Source: a virus (taxonomy: Duplodnaviria > Caudoviricetes). Taken from it: DNA of 25,275 nucleotides. Under the pieces are notes generated by a model that did no database searches, was not told the DNA's origin, and saw nothing but the letters and a program-made list of their open reading frames with translations. A program made the position numbers and the translations under genes. The stretch lies in IMG/VR virus record IMGVR_UViG_3300037484_000729, positions 1 through 25,275 of that record, one strand, 5' to 3'. This document shows positions 24,528 to 25,275 of the stretch, piece after piece. The number at the start of each line of letters is the position of its first letter. Position 1 is the stretch's first letter.

Positions 24528-24675
24528 TTTTAAAAAAACAGCAATATATAATGGTACCACAAATTAAAAAATCCGTATATTTACCTATATCTATATAGGC
24601 AATTATACCATCTTGTTAAACAATATCATTTTGAGTAGACATTCATTTTTTTCTAAAACAAAATTGGAGAATACA

Positions 24676-24993
24676 ATGAAAAGGATCATAATTTTTGCAG
24701 TATTTACATATTTACTGATATTCACAACTGGCTGTGATTCCGGTCCAAGCAGTCTCGGTGGAAGCGGTACAGTGGTAGGATTTTCAGTAGACTGCGCAGC
24801 AGGAGTAAAATGCTCATCTACCTCAGATATAAACGAATACAATAGTGGTGATTATCACAGCGTCACCTGTGTTTGGCACTGTGCAGCTTACAAAAATCAG
24901 AACAATAAATATGTCTCCATAACATTCGACAAAAGAGGAGGAGGCTGCTGGGAATACGACCGAGAATACGTCACAGGCGGAATCTGCTACTAA
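24676..24993 (+). CDS. Cys-rich lipoprotein (lysogenic accessory gene)
   Basis: GGAG RBS, MKRIIIFAVFTYLLIFTTGC lipobox, six further Cys. Confidence 0.8.
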   Translation: MKRIIIFAVFTYLLIFTTGCDSGPSSLGGSGTVVGFSVDCAAGVKCSSTSDINEYNSGDYHSVTCVWHCAAYKNQNNKYVSITFDKRGGGCWEYDREYVTGGICY

Positions 24994-25019
24994 AACAATT
25001 TAATTCAGATATCTAGTTC

Positions 25020-25065
25020 AATCATAAAATTTAACGTACCAAACCTTGCGTTAAATTTTATGATT
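25020..25065. repeat. Perfect 17-bp inverted repeat
   Basis: AATCATAAAATTTAACG-N12-CGTTAAATTTTATGATT. Confidence 0.8.
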
Positions 25066-25275
25066 TTTAATCATTTTTTAAATTAGTGTTTCAAACTTCT
25101 TTTGCCTTAACTGCAATTCAATACCGTTTAAAAGTTCATTTAAAATTAAGCCAAATTTCACAACCTTATTAAACCATCCTTAAAGAATCTAACCCACACA
25201 CCCCCATCAATCCTAACTAACCCAAACCTCACCCCCCTTCACAGGTCCCGACGCGCTAAACGTATAGAACGAAGT

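Larger units (their letters stand above)
1..25243 (-). mobile_element. Mu-like transposable prophage (left half; continues beyond position 1)
   Basis: Mu gene order: repressor, Ner-like, DDE transposase A, AAA ATPase B, DUF3164, GemA, Mor, lysis, gp27/28/29/30, G, I, T. The right boundary is tentative. Confidence 0.95.

Overview
Left (early/middle/head) half of a Mu-like transposable prophage, almost all on the minus strand. Order from the right: probable phage end (~25243), lipoprotein, repressor (+), operator/promoter region, early genes (a stand-alone MuA C-terminal-domain mini-protein, CII-like, Ner-like, MuA, MuB, DUF3164, GemA, Mor), an accessory block (~9.7-15.6 kb), a lysis cassette, terminase, portal, gpF, gpG, gpI protease, head decoration protein and the start of the major capsid gene. 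Four things stand out. (1) A complete array-less type IV-B CRISPR-Cas effector operon (Cas11-Csf2 fusion, Csf1, CysH-like, Csf3). (2) A cluster of integron attC-like sites with no integrase in the window, interleaved with the accessory genes and possibly bounding the csf operon as a cassette. (3) An in-frame UGA at the conserved Cys of the gpF 'PPNGxxCRC' motif, followed by a SECIS-like hairpin, suggesting a phage selenoprotein. (4) An antisense two-gene module with acr-aca-like architecture and a KorC-like repressor/operator, lying between 137-bp direct repeats. All family calls come from motif recognition by eye, with no database search.
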